Shown here: one piece after another, positions 27,883 through 38,325 of the stretch
Layout: every line of letters starts with the position of its first letter
How positions within the stretch are numbered: position 1 is the stretch's first letter
NCBI GenBank assembly: GCA_964430885.1
Contig: CAYSHM010000003.1
Coordinates: forward strand, 160,001 to 224,000
Direction of reading: 5' to 3'
DNA length: 64,000 bases
Origin: an uncultured archaeon
GTDB lineage: Archaea > Thermoplasmatota > Penumbrarchaeia > JASLWR01
Position numbers and translations under genes: made by a program
Notes under the pieces: generated by a model
The model's input: the letters and a program-made list of their open reading frames with translations, nothing else
The model's database searches: none
Told to the model about the DNA's origin: nothing

Positions 27883-30800
27883 ATGAAGAATAACATTGTT
27901 ACAATATTAGTTTGTACACTATTAATGGGCAGCCTTCTCACTGTCGTGGACATACCATATTTCGGACCTATTTCTCCATTCGTAAAAGCCGAAACGACCC
28001 ATTGGTATGTGAACAGCTCATTTCAAGGGACTTCCCATGGGAATGAGACAAATCCATTCAAGACCATCAATGAGGCAGTATCCAATGAACAATTAGAGGG
28101 CGGAGATGTTATTCACGTTCTGCCTGGAACCTATACGGATACAGATATGCAGATAGATGAGGAAATTCGGATAATCGGAGCGGGGGGAGAAATAACTTTG
28201 CTCCAACCGCCCAACAGCGGATTCTACATCATAAGCGACAATGTCTCGATAAGCCATATGAGCATTGGCAATGCAGGCGGTGGTCAAGAGAAAGCAATAA
28301 CTATCCAAGGGGCCTATAATGTTACTTTAGATAACATCACTATTGACCTGTGTGACATAGGAATTGATGTATACGGATCAAGCAAAATTACAATTGATAA
28401 CTGCTCATTCTCCCCAAATATTCAGGCAGGAATTATGTTCAGTGATCAATCGGATGATGTCTTAATTAAAAATAATATTTTTCAAGGGGCCCAGTACGGT
28501 ATAAGATTATTCAATCAGACCGAGGATGTTAGAATTATTAATAATTCAGTACCCAATGCCGTTGAAGGCATATCCGTCCAGAATAACTGCTCAAATATAT
28601 TTCTTCAGGATAACAACTGTTCCAATAATAGCTACGGATTAAAAGTGAGCGGATGCGATTTGATGGAGTTGTGGGACAATATGTTCAATGACAACACAAA
28701 TGCAGGTATATATATCCAAGATACCGATGATATTCAAATATACGGCAATCAAATGATGAGATGCAATGACGGTATCAGGGCTGAGAATTCCTACGGTATG
28801 GCCTTTGTCGATAACAGAATGAACGACTGCACAAACCGCGCTCTTCAGATCATTGGCTCAGAGGGAAATTATTCTGATAATACTTGTGAATCCAACAATT
28901 ACGGCATGTTCTTAGAACATGTGAATACAAGTATTTTTTTGAACAACAAATGCCTATATAACAGCGATTACGGAATGGAACTGAAGGATTCCAGCGATAA
29001 CTATATTGAAAAATTAAATTGCTCTTATTCAAATGCGAGCCACGGAATACTCTTCACCGACGGGGCTGACCATAATGAGATATATGATTCCCAATTTCTA
29101 ACCAATGTCGGGTGGGGAATCCAAATACTGGATTCCAACCATAATACATTTGAAAACATATTGGTGATGGATTGCAATGCTGGAGGAGTAATGGTTTCCG
29201 GAAATGATGAAGGAAATAGATGCATCGGAAATGTAATCGGAAGCAGTGTCATAGATGATAACTACGGGAACAATATAATTTTACAAAATACCCAATACTG
29301 CAACATTACGGATTGTCAAATCATAGATTCGGATAACACAGGTATATATCTCCAAAATGCCAGCGGTTCCGTCATCTACGACAATATTGTCAACAGCTCT
29401 AGATATGCAGGAATAAGACTTGAAGGAACCGAATCCCAAAATAATGTGATATATGAGAACTATTTCAACAATAACAGTTGGTTTAACGATGAACGACAGG
29501 CAGGTGATTTTTCCGATGACTACACAAATTTGTGGTATGATGCAAACCTCCAAACTGGCAACTATTGGTCGGATTACTTAAATTACAATCCGAATGCAAT
29601 TTCCGAAAACGGTCTCATTTGGTCCGTGCCTTACCAACTGGCCGAGGACGGAGCTGTTCTTTCGCATTTCGACATTTACCCTTTGGTCAACCCAAAGAAT
29701 GAAGGACCCATCTCAAACGAGATCACAGGAGAGACCTACAACACTATTGAGAGTGCCTTGGAAAATGCCAGCGCGAACGATATTATATCCATAAATATTC
29801 CAGGGGAATATCGGGGTACCGACGGTCTGTACTTGACAGAAAACGGAATAAAGCTTACCGGATTGGGAGCTGATAATGTGACCCTCATTCCCAGAAAAGG
29901 AGTGGACTGCATCATAGTGGAGGCTTTCAACTGTACAGTTGAGGACCTTAGCATATTCGGCGGAAGAATGGGTATACTAGGGGACGGAGCTGATGGAATA
30001 AATGTACATGACATCAATTTTGTGAATCAGAGTCTAGCATCCATAAGATACCAGGATGTAGTGGAGGGAAATGTGGACAACTGCAGATTCGATAATTCCA
30101 ATGTTGCCATATCTGCAGAGGATTCCAGTGAGGTTTCATTTGAGGATTGTCTCATGTTAGATTGCAACAGCGCTTTCTCCATCGATACCTCCCACAATAT
30201 CGATATATTGGATAACCATATGGTAGACTGTGTGAATGGTTCACATCTAATGGACGAATGTTATAACTTCAGCATCACGGGGAATCGTTTTGACAACATG
30301 AACCTAACTCCAAACAGAGGATTGGAAGAACTCAGGGACCTGGGATTGTTGTTATACGGGAGCATCTCTGACATATCCATATCCAATAATGAATTCTTCG
30401 GCGTAGGAACGAGCATAATAACATTGGCTGGAGGAGATAATGTCAGGATATCTGAGAACAGTATTCTCCAATCAGATTACAGAGGTATAGTTGACCTCGG
30501 GAACGACGATCCCATATACATATTCAACAACACATTGGATATGAACCCAATAGGAATAATGATCAACTGCAGCAGCAGCGATATCCTTTTCAACAACAAT
30601 ATCACACACGGAAAGATAGGCATTTCAATAATAAACAACACTGAACCGCTTGTTATGCCTGGTGGAAAAACATTAACATTCCCCAACGGATCACACGACA
30701 ATATCATCAAATACAATGAATTCAGGGATAACGAGAAAGCGTTGTACATTTCCGGAGGATATGATAACCAGATCTACCACAATAACTTCTTCGGAGGCGA

Positions 30801-33762
30801 CCAGCAGATATCCATCCCCTCAGGATTAGTTACAAAGGTCACATGGGACCATGAAGGAATATCAGGTAATTACTGGAATGATTATTCTGGTACTGATGAC
30901 GGAAGCAACGGCAGAACCGCAGGTGATGGTATAGGTGATACGAATCTGCCACACAGGGGGATCGATGAATACCCTCTGATGAAACCAGCATTGGCGCCTG
31001 AATATGATCTGGGAATTTTATCTTATCAGGACCTGACCTCGGCAGAGGGATGGAAGGAAGGTGATACCGTAACCTTTAACCTGACCGTATTTGTAGAGGA
31101 AGGGAATGGTAAATTACCCGATATGGTGATACTTGAATATATCGATCCAGAAGGCGAGGAAGGCTGCCTTCCCATGAAGAGTAAGTCCATCTCCCCTAAC
31201 AGCTGGTACGGTGAGCATCCCCTGGGACGCGGTGAAGGATTGTTCAAATACCGATACAGGTCCAGCACCATCTATCTTGACTGGGCTAGAAGTGAATGGT
31301 TCCAGTTCCTAGTGGCCAAGAATCCTAGCTACCAATCAGGCATATCAATTCAGAACCTTTCGGTCCCCGAGGAAATCGTCCTTGGAGATTCGTTGATAAT
31401 CAATTTTTCATTGAACACAAGTAATGATATGAACATTTCAGAAGTTAAATTGCTCTACTGGTACAACAGCGAGATAAACAAGACTGAAGAGGATCTTGTA
31501 CCTGACAGCCTCTTAATTAATCACTACTCTCACGGATTGAATCCGGATAAACTCGGTACGCTACATTATACGTTAAGAGTTCAGGGTTCTTCGGATAATA
31601 TCATCTTTGTAAACGGTTCGGTAAATGTGACCTTGGCACCAAGAATAATCTTCATGGCAGACCACACCCCTCCCGAAGCTACCACCGGAGACCTGATGGA
31701 GTTCAAGCTGGCACTCAATAATATCGACCTTTTAGGTAAGGTAACGCTAAAGATATGGTATAATGACGAAGGAGACCAGGATACAGAGATCCACACCATG
31801 GTCTTGAAGAACGTATCAACAATAAGCTATACCGTCATGGATGCTGTAGGTTATTTCAATTACAGGTATGAGGCAAAGGATATTCGCGATAATGAATACA
31901 GAAGCTTCGATTCAAAACAGATCACGGTTTCCGACAATGATGCTCCCGAGCTCATTTCCGATTCCATACCTTCAACCTTTGAGGTCCCCGGCCAACTAGA
32001 CATATTCGTCAGAGCAATGGACAATATTGATGAGGTCTCAAAGGTGACAATAGAATACTGGTTCGAGGATGACAATTCAAAATCTTCATTTGATTTGGAG
32101 AATAAGAACGGAAGCAACGAATACGCATTCTCTTACTATATTGATAATGTTGACAAACCCTATTTCCACTATGTGATCATACTTACCGACAATGTTGGGA
32201 ACCGTTACCAGACGGATGTTAAGAAAATAACTCTTACACAGGGCGGAGAACCTATAGATACAGGCGGAGGCAACGAAACCTCCGATGACGGGGGTGACTC
32301 TTGGAAGATAATTATGATTGTTTCCTTTATTATTGTACTGGCAATAATCGGTTTGATCATCATACTTAAGAGACGGAAAAAGGATGAAAAGGATTTGGAG
32401 GGAGATGAGGAGCCCGTTGATGAGGATGAAAAATATGACTCTGAAAAAGAGGACAGCGAAGAGGAAGAAGATGATGATGATGACGAAACCGAATGGGAAT
32501 CCGAAGAAGAACTGCCGTCCCAGCAAACAAATGAATATGCCTTTGTATCTGACGCCTTGAATGGTGACTTGGAGAAATTCGACCTACAAACCTCGGAATC
32601 CCAAGGGCAGCAGGTATTGATAGAGGGGCCAAAGCCAAATAACGCAGGACCTGATGAAAGTGCGGCTCTGCCGCCTCCAGGCCCGAGTCCCAAGGATACT
32701 ATAGACATAGATGAACTGCCACTTGATGAATATACTGAAGATCTGAAGGATAAGCTGCCAGCACTCAGTCTGCAGGAAGTTCCAAAGGCCATCAAGAACA
32801 TCATACCCAGTTACATCATCACCCACAAACTGGGTTCCGGCGGATTCGCCACGGTCTACAAGGCCATCAACAAGGACGGTGATGCTGTGGCTATCAAGAT
32901 GCCCAAGTTCCTCGACGAGACAGTTGATTCCAGCATACTAAACAAGTTCAAGGCCGAGGCGGATATATGGAAGAAGCTGCATCATAAGAACATTGTAAAT
33001 TTCCTTGACAGCGATATCCGGCCTATTCCATACATGACAATAGAGCTGATGGAGGGGGGCAATCTGGCTGAGCTGATGAAGGAGCAGAGGTTCAGCGTAG
33101 AGGAGGCAAAATCTATTATGCTCCAGACCTTGGACGGCATCTCCTATGCCCACAGAATGGCATCGGTCCATAGGGATATCAAGCCTGAGAACATTCTTTT
33201 CACAAAGGACGGCACTCCCAAGATAAGCGACTGGGGCATAGGCAAGTTCATGGCCTCTGAGAGCGTATCCAAGAGTATAGGCACCAAGGGTACATTCGCC
33301 TATGCCGCACCTGAGCAGTTCGACAGGGAGACCTACGGAGAGGTGGACTGGTCTACAGACCTGTTCCAGTTAGGCGTAGTATTCTACCAGATGCTAACAG
33401 GTATCAATCCCTTCATGGCCGACGAACTGGCCAGAACCATGGGGCTGATCTTGACAACAACCCCTGAGAAGCCTAGCAAGCTAAATCCTGAAGTTCCCCC
33501 TGAACTTGATGAGATAATCATGAAATGCCTTGAGAAGAAGAAAGAGAAGCGATGGCGAAGTACAGATGTTCTATACAGCAAGCTCAAGGAGATGGAGATG
33601 AAAAAGGTTGAAAACCTGAAGAAGTACAGACGAAGTCTTGATAGAGCATTATCTGACGGACAGGTTTCCCCCGATGAGGAAATAATGCTCACAGAATTGA
33701 GGGAACATCTGAACATAACTGAACTGGAGCACAAGAACATGATGGATGATATTTTGGGGTGA
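27883..33762 (+). CDS. Single-pass receptor-like Ser/Thr protein kinase with beta-helix and Ig-like ectodomain
   Basis: Signal peptide; PFKTINEAV and parallel beta-helix repeats with GNYWSDY; TM then KRRKK; LGSGGFATVY, VAIK, HRDIKPEN, SDWG, GTFAYAAPEQ. Confidence 0.9.
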   Translation: MKNNIVTILVCTLLMGSLLTVVDIPYFGPISPFVKAETTHWYVNSSFQGTSHGNETNPFKTINEAVSNEQLEGGDVIHVLPGTYTDTDMQIDEEIRIIGAGGEITLLQPPNSGFYIISDNVSISHMSIGNAGGGQEKAITIQGAYNVTLDNITIDLCDIGIDVYGSSKITIDNCSFSPNIQAGIMFSDQSDDVLIKNNIFQGAQYGIRLFNQTEDVRIINNSVPNAVEGISVQNNCSNIFLQDNNCSNNSYGLKVSGCDLMELWDNMFNDNTNAGIYIQDTDDIQIYGNQMMRCNDGIRAENSYGMAFVDNRMNDCTNRALQIIGSEGNYSDNTCESNNYGMFLEHVNTSIFLNNKCLYNSDYGMELKDSSDNYIEKLNCSYSNASHGILFTDGADHNEIYDSQFLTNVGWGIQILDSNHNTFENILVMDCNAGGVMVSGNDEGNRCIGNVIGSSVIDDNYGNNIILQNTQYCNITDCQIIDSDNTGIYLQNASGSVIYDNIVNSSRYAGIRLEGTESQNNVIYENYFNNNSWFNDERQAGDFSDDYTNLWYDANLQTGNYWSDYLNYNPNAISENGLIWSVPYQLAEDGAVLSHFDIYPLVNPKNEGPISNEITGETYNTIESALENASANDIISINIPGEYRGTDGLYLTENGIKLTGLGADNVTLIPRKGVDCIIVEAFNCTVEDLSIFGGRMGILGDGADGINVHDINFVNQSLASIRYQDVVEGNVDNCRFDNSNVAISAEDSSEVSFEDCLMLDCNSAFSIDTSHNIDILDNHMVDCVNGSHLMDECYNFSITGNRFDNMNLTPNRGLEELRDLGLLLYGSISDISISNNEFFGVGTSIITLAGGDNVRISENSILQSDYRGIVDLGNDDPIYIFNNTLDMNPIGIMINCSSSDILFNNNITHGKIGISIINNTEPLVMPGGKTLTFPNGSHDNIIKYNEFRDNEKALYISGGYDNQIYHNNFFGGDQQISIPSGLVTKVTWDHEGISGNYWNDYSGTDDGSNGRTAGDGIGDTNLPHRGIDEYPLMKPALAPEYDLGILSYQDLTSAEGWKEGDTVTFNLTVFVEEGNGKLPDMVILEYIDPEGEEGCLPMKSKSISPNSWYGEHPLGRGEGLFKYRYRSSTIYLDWARSEWFQFLVAKNPSYQSGISIQNLSVPEEIVLGDSLIINFSLNTSNDMNISEVKLLYWYNSEINKTEEDLVPDSLLINHYSHGLNPDKLGTLHYTLRVQGSSDNIIFVNGSVNVTLAPRIIFMADHTPPEATTGDLMEFKLALNNIDLLGKVTLKIWYNDEGDQDTEIHTMVLKNVSTISYTVMDAVGYFNYRYEAKDIRDNEYRSFDSKQITVSDNDAPELISDSIPSTFEVPGQLDIFVRAMDNIDEVSKVTIEYWFEDDNSKSSFDLENKNGSNEYAFSYYIDNVDKPYFHYVIILTDNVGNRYQTDVKKITLTQGGEPIDTGGGNETSDDGGDSWKIIMIVSFIIVLAIIGLIIILKRRKKDEKDLEGDEEPVDEDEKYDSEKEDSEEEEDDDDDETEWESEEELPSQQTNEYAFVSDALNGDLEKFDLQTSESQGQQVLIEGPKPNNAGPDESAALPPPGPSPKDTIDIDELPLDEYTEDLKDKLPALSLQEVPKAIKNIIPSYIITHKLGSGGFATVYKAINKDGDAVAIKMPKFLDETVDSSILNKFKAEADIWKKLHHKNIVNFLDSDIRPIPYMTIELMEGGNLAELMKEQRFSVEEAKSIMLQTLDGISYAHRMASVHRDIKPENILFTKDGTPKISDWGIGKFMASESVSKSIGTKGTFAYAAPEQFDRETYGEVDWSTDLFQLGVVFYQMLTGINPFMADELARTMGLILTTTPEKPSKLNPEVPPELDEIIMKCLEKKKEKRWRSTDVLYSKLKEMEMKKVENLKKYRRSLDRALSDGQVSPDEEIMLTELREHLNITELEHKNMMDDILG

Positions 33763-33766
33763 TCGA

Positions 33767-34900
33767 ATGAAGGAATATAAAGCTAAACTGGTTTATGTCC
33801 AGGAAGGACAGGCTCCCGTAGTGGTTGATATTGAGGATGAAGTAATACTGAAACGGTCTGCAGAAGCCTTTTCGGTTGTGTGCCAGACAGATTCAGGATC
33901 TTACAGTCTGGGTGTATTTGACAGTACTGTATCCGGAGGAGAAGGGCACGCTAGACTTGGATGGGATGGCGACAAATTGTTCATACAGGACCTTGGAAGC
34001 AAGAATGGTACCTTTCTGCTCCTGGGCGGGAAACAGATGCCACTTAGGGGATGGGGACCCAAGAAGCACGGTAAAAAACATCCCAGTGAACATGTTCCAA
34101 TCAAAAAGAGTACAGACATATTACTTGGTTCTCTGAAGTTCAGGGTAGAAGTGAAGAAAGAATCCCCGCAGATAGTTCAGCAGCACATTCACGGAGATTA
34201 TATCAGAGATGGCGCTTCAAAGGTGGCGATACATGACAGTGTGGTCCAGCGCTCCAATATAGGATCGGATATCAAGGTGAATGATAATGTGGAGGAGCTG
34301 GGTGAGAAGATCCAGGTAAGTGTCGGTGAAGCCGTGGGTCAGGCTGTGGGTGTGAGCGTTCGAAAGGAGGCAGAGTGGCTGGACAAAAGGAACGCTCATC
34401 GGGCCAAAGTCCTGAGAAAGGGTCAGCTTGAGATAAAGGGCATTACCGAAGAGATGGCAAGAAAAATGGAGAAGCACTTCAACGAATTGAAGAAAAGGCT
34501 TCCATATCCCTCTGACATGACTAAGAAGAGACTATCAGTGATCCTGCATTATTCATGTCCACGCTGCAAGACATCAGTGGGAGATGTTAAGGATAGAAAA
34601 TGGCTTAGATGGGTAAATCTGACAATAGGTGCCGCAATGGCCGGAGTTGGCGTAGGTACACTCAATGCCGAGGTCGGTATCAAAGGCGTGAAAAAGATCT
34701 TTTCAGATTTCTCTCGTGAGCCATTTTCCAATCTATCCAAAAAGGGTTTTATGCTCACAAATGAGGAAAAAGATAGGATGATCAATTTGCTGAGAGATAA
34801 GCACATCCTTGAGAAAGTCCATTTCTGTCCGGCCTGCAATTCATGGGTATGCAGTGAGTGTTTCAATGCCGAGAAGATGATGTGCAGCAAGGACTGCTGA
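33767..34900 (+). CDS. FHA-domain protein with coiled coil and Cys-rich C-terminus
   Basis: DSTVS...HARL...FIQDLGSKNGTFL; CPRC, CPAC..WVCSEC; SD GGGGTGA overlaps the kinase stop codon. Confidence 0.8.
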   Translation: MKEYKAKLVYVQEGQAPVVVDIEDEVILKRSAEAFSVVCQTDSGSYSLGVFDSTVSGGEGHARLGWDGDKLFIQDLGSKNGTFLLLGGKQMPLRGWGPKKHGKKHPSEHVPIKKSTDILLGSLKFRVEVKKESPQIVQQHIHGDYIRDGASKVAIHDSVVQRSNIGSDIKVNDNVEELGEKIQVSVGEAVGQAVGVSVRKEAEWLDKRNAHRAKVLRKGQLEIKGITEEMARKMEKHFNELKKRLPYPSDMTKKRLSVILHYSCPRCKTSVGDVKDRKWLRWVNLTIGAAMAGVGVGTLNAEVGIKGVKKIFSDFSREPFSNLSKKGFMLTNEEKDRMINLLRDKHILEKVHFCPACNSWVCSECFNAEKMMCSKDC

Positions 34901-34961
34901 ACCTAATTTTGTTTTTTCAACCTATTCGGAATTCATAATCAGGATTTTATAATTGAAAATA

Positions 34962-34975
34962 GTTGCATTTGCAAC
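34962..34975. promoter_or_regulatory. Putative MarR operator
   Basis: Inverted repeat GTTGCA-TT-TGCAAC about 40 nt upstream of marR. Confidence 0.65.
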
Positions 34976-35016
34976 CAATTATAGTAATGAGTATAATATT
35001 TGGAGGTTAGGGCAAT

Positions 35017-35505
35017 ATGAAATTTAATTGCAGTCATGAAAGTGAATCCGATAGAGGCCCTTCAATTGGTAAATTGATCTGGATAATACACAGGCATCAC
35101 AGCGTTTACCTTGACAATAAGCTAAGGGAATTGGGAATTGGAGTAGGACAGTTCAGGTTTCTGATGCAGATCAACAGACACGATGGATTGAACCAGGAAC
35201 AATTATCATGTCATCTGGATATCGATAAAACCACTACTGCTAGAGCACTAGCCAAACTTGAAAAGGAAGGATTGATATATCGGGAAAAGGACCCTGATGA
35301 TCATCGGGCCCACCTGCTGCACATCACATCCAAGGGAAGAAAAGTGATCCCCGAATTGAAGAATATCCTAATGGAAGGGACTGAAATACTGATCCAGGAT
35401 TTTACCGGTGAGGAAAAAGAACTTCTGATATCTCTGCTTTCAAGGATGCTTAAGAACATGGGATGCCGGAAAGAGCATTGTATTGGCGGACAGCATGAGA
35501 AGTAA
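35017..35505 (+). CDS. MarR-family regulator
   Basis: GLNQEQLS...DKTTTARALAKLEKEGLI.R.KDPDDHRA. Confidence 0.92.
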   Translation: MKFNCSHESESDRGPSIGKLIWIIHRHHSVYLDNKLRELGIGVGQFRFLMQINRHDGLNQEQLSCHLDIDKTTTARALAKLEKEGLIYREKDPDDHRAHLLHITSKGRKVIPELKNILMEGTEILIQDFTGEEKELLISLLSRMLKNMGCRKEHCIGGQHEK

Positions 35506-35524
35506 AGGGGAAAGGGGAGAAATA

Positions 35525-36901
35525 ATGAAAAATTCAAAAATTAAGAAAGAAGCAGATAAGAAAGAAGCAGGGAAGGGCAGCGTTGATATGCTCAACGGAA
35601 AGGTCACCACAATAATGTGGAAGATGACTATCCCAATGGTCTTTGCAATGCTAGCCATGGTGCTCTTCAATCTTGTGGATACCATCTACGTCGGAAGGCT
35701 TGGAAAGGATGAGCTGGCAGCTATTTCATTCACATTTCCGGTAGTATTCTTCTTCACAGCTATTACCGGCGGACTGGGTATGGGCGCCACCTCTGTAATA
35801 TCCCGAACCCTTGGTGCAGGTGATAAGGAAAGGGCCAAAAAACTGACCTTGGATGCATTGCTTCTATCTCTCACAGTTGCTGCGATCAGCATGACCATCG
35901 GATTCTCCACCATAGAACCCTTGTTCAGAGCCCTCAATGTGAAGGAGGAACTATTCCCAATGGTGAAGGACTACATGGAAATTTGGTATTTCGGGATAAT
36001 GGTCGTAGTAATCCCCATGGTGGGAAACGGAATAATCAGAGCCACTGGAGATACGAAAACACCCATGAAGATCATGCTTTTTGCTGTGACTGTGAACATC
36101 ATACTTGACCCCATACTTATCTTTGGTCTGGGTCCAATACCAAAAATGGGGATTAGAGGAGCTGCTATTGCTACTGTAAGCGCCCGTTTCCTGACCATGA
36201 TACTGTCAACATGGGTACTAGTTCGTGTAAAAGGCCTTCTGGAATGGAAATTACCGTCGCCCTCCGATCTCTGGAGGTCCTGGAAGGACATCCTGTATGT
36301 GGGCGCGCCCAATGCATTCGTAAATTCACTTACTCCGCTCTCGCTTGCTGCTCTGACAGCCATTGTAGCAGGATTCGGAAAGAGCGCAGTAGCAGGGTAC
36401 GGTGCCGCTACCAGACTGGAAGCCTTCGTCATTATGCCCATTATTGCCTTCTGCACAACCTTGGTCCCCTTTATCGGGCAGAACTTCGGTTCGGGCAGGA
36501 TGGAACGTGTGGATAAAGGAATCAAACTGGGATTCCGCTCTGCGGTTATCTACGGCCTCATATGCTATGGAATCATTGCCGTCTCGGCACCGCTTACCGC
36601 ACGTATGTTCAGTTCAAATCCAGATGTGATAAAATACTACTGCTACTACATCTGGTTCGGGGGTTTGGGCTGGATCGGATTGGGAATGAGCTACACAACA
36701 ACCAACTCATTCAATGCAATGGGCAAGCCCTTGCCAGCAGCGGTGATCACAATAATTAGGGTTTTTTTTCTGATCCTGCCGTTGGCATTCCTGTTCGGCG
36801 CCTTAACTGGAATAAAAGGTACCTTTGAAGGTTTAGCTGCTGCCAATGCCATAGCAGGACTGCTGGGATTTTATTGGCTGAAAAGGGCATTTAACAAATA
36901 A
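35525..36901 (+). CDS. MATE efflux transporter
   Basis: FNLVDTIYVGRLG, RATGDTKTP, NIILDPILIFG, GQNFG. Confidence 0.92.
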   Translation: MKNSKIKKEADKKEAGKGSVDMLNGKVTTIMWKMTIPMVFAMLAMVLFNLVDTIYVGRLGKDELAAISFTFPVVFFFTAITGGLGMGATSVISRTLGAGDKERAKKLTLDALLLSLTVAAISMTIGFSTIEPLFRALNVKEELFPMVKDYMEIWYFGIMVVVIPMVGNGIIRATGDTKTPMKIMLFAVTVNIILDPILIFGLGPIPKMGIRGAAIATVSARFLTMILSTWVLVRVKGLLEWKLPSPSDLWRSWKDILYVGAPNAFVNSLTPLSLAALTAIVAGFGKSAVAGYGAATRLEAFVIMPIIAFCTTLVPFIGQNFGSGRMERVDKGIKLGFRSAVIYGLICYGIIAVSAPLTARMFSSNPDVIKYYCYYIWFGGLGWIGLGMSYTTTNSFNAMGKPLPAAVITIIRVFFLILPLAFLFGALTGIKGTFEGLAAANAIAGLLGFYWLKRAFNK

Positions 36902-36922
36902 ATATTACCAGGTTTGAAATCG

Positions 36923-38260
36923 TCAAAGCTCAACCTCAGCCCATCTCCCGCGTCTATAGGCTAGATATATCACACCTGTTCTGAGAACGGTTTCGATGAG
37001 CATACCTATCCACAGACCGTTCATTCCCAGACCTAGGGGGACGGCGAGCAAATAGCAGAGACCTAGTCTAACCCCGATTAGGAATATCATATTGATGAAC
37101 ATCGGGACCTTGGTATAGCCCGCACCCCTCAAACCTCCTATCATGGTAAAGAACGCTCCCAGAAAAGGCTCCGAAAAGCCTGTTATGAACAGGTACATGC
37201 CCGCCACCCTGACAACCTCCTTCTCATTGGTAAATATTGAAGCTATCTGCTCGGGGAATATCACAAAACACAAGCCCACAAGGGACATAAAAAATAGCAC
37301 CAGATGTGTGGAGGCCGCAATTGATTTTTTGGCCATTTTCCGATTCTTTGCCCCCAGAGACTGCCCTGTTAGAGTGGTGGCTGCGACCCCGATACCAATG
37401 GCAGGCATGTAGGCAACGGATTCCACCCTGAACCCTATCTGATAGGCTGAATATCCCACTGCCCCGAAGCTCAAGATCAGAGGAGTGATGAGCATGGATG
37501 ATATGGTCCACATCCCCATATCCAATCCCGCCGGTATGCCTACCCTGAATATTTTTTTCCAGTTGTCCCAGCCTGATTTAATTCCTTTCTTCAGTATCGG
37601 TGCTAGTTTCAGCCGCTTGAAAAGATGCAGGACCGCATAAAGAACTGCGCCTAATAGATAAGCTGTGCCGGTAGCTATGCCTGCCCCTCTCACACCAAGT
37701 TCAGGAAGACCTAACTTCCCGAATATCAGCAGATAGTTCATGGCAATATTGTAGCCGTTTGTCGCTATATCAATTATCATGGGTGTCTTGGTATCCCCTG
37801 ATGCCCTTTGAACACTGTGATAGGCCAATATAAAAACATAGAAAGGGTAGAAGATAAAAACCGCCCTTATATAACTGGTAGCTTCCCTTAGCACCGCTCC
37901 CTTCGCACCCATTAAGCTGACGATTGACGGTCCCAGTAGAATGCAGACCAGGGAAAGAGGGATCGACAGCAGCATGAGAAGACGCAATCCGTGCCCTGCA
38001 ACTATACCAGCTTCATTCCTCTTCCGCTCCCCCCATCTCCTGGCTATGATAGCCACCATCCCATTCCCGAGACCCATGAAAACGGGAAAGGTCATCCATA
38101 GCAGAAGGGAGCCCAGACCCAGAGCGGATAGGCTTACTTTGGGATCGGCGTACCGGCCGAGCATGACCGTATCAGCGATCATATGGGAAGTATATAGAAC
38201 ATTTGAGATGAGGGCCGGAATTGATAAGCCAATAACCCTTCTATATATTGACCGCTGCAT
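36923..38260 (-). CDS. MATE efflux transporter (convergent)
   Basis: RASGDTKTP, LIFGKLGLPELGVRGAGIAT, GQSLGA, LRGAG. Confidence 0.92.
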   Translation of the reverse strand: MQRSIYRRVIGLSIPALISNVLYTSHMIADTVMLGRYADPKVSLSALGLGSLLLWMTFPVFMGLGNGMVAIIARRWGERKRNEAGIVAGHGLRLLMLLSIPLSLVCILLGPSIVSLMGAKGAVLREATSYIRAVFIFYPFYVFILAYHSVQRASGDTKTPMIIDIATNGYNIAMNYLLIFGKLGLPELGVRGAGIATGTAYLLGAVLYAVLHLFKRLKLAPILKKGIKSGWDNWKKIFRVGIPAGLDMGMWTISSMLITPLILSFGAVGYSAYQIGFRVESVAYMPAIGIGVAATTLTGQSLGAKNRKMAKKSIAASTHLVLFFMSLVGLCFVIFPEQIASIFTNEKEVVRVAGMYLFITGFSEPFLGAFFTMIGGLRGAGYTKVPMFINMIFLIGVRLGLCYLLAVPLGLGMNGLWIGMLIETVLRTGVIYLAYRRGRWAEVEL

Positions 38261-38325
38261 CTCCTGGCCTATCAGTTAATTGATATTTTATGATTTCCCG
38301 AATAATATTTTCTTACAGAGATGGT

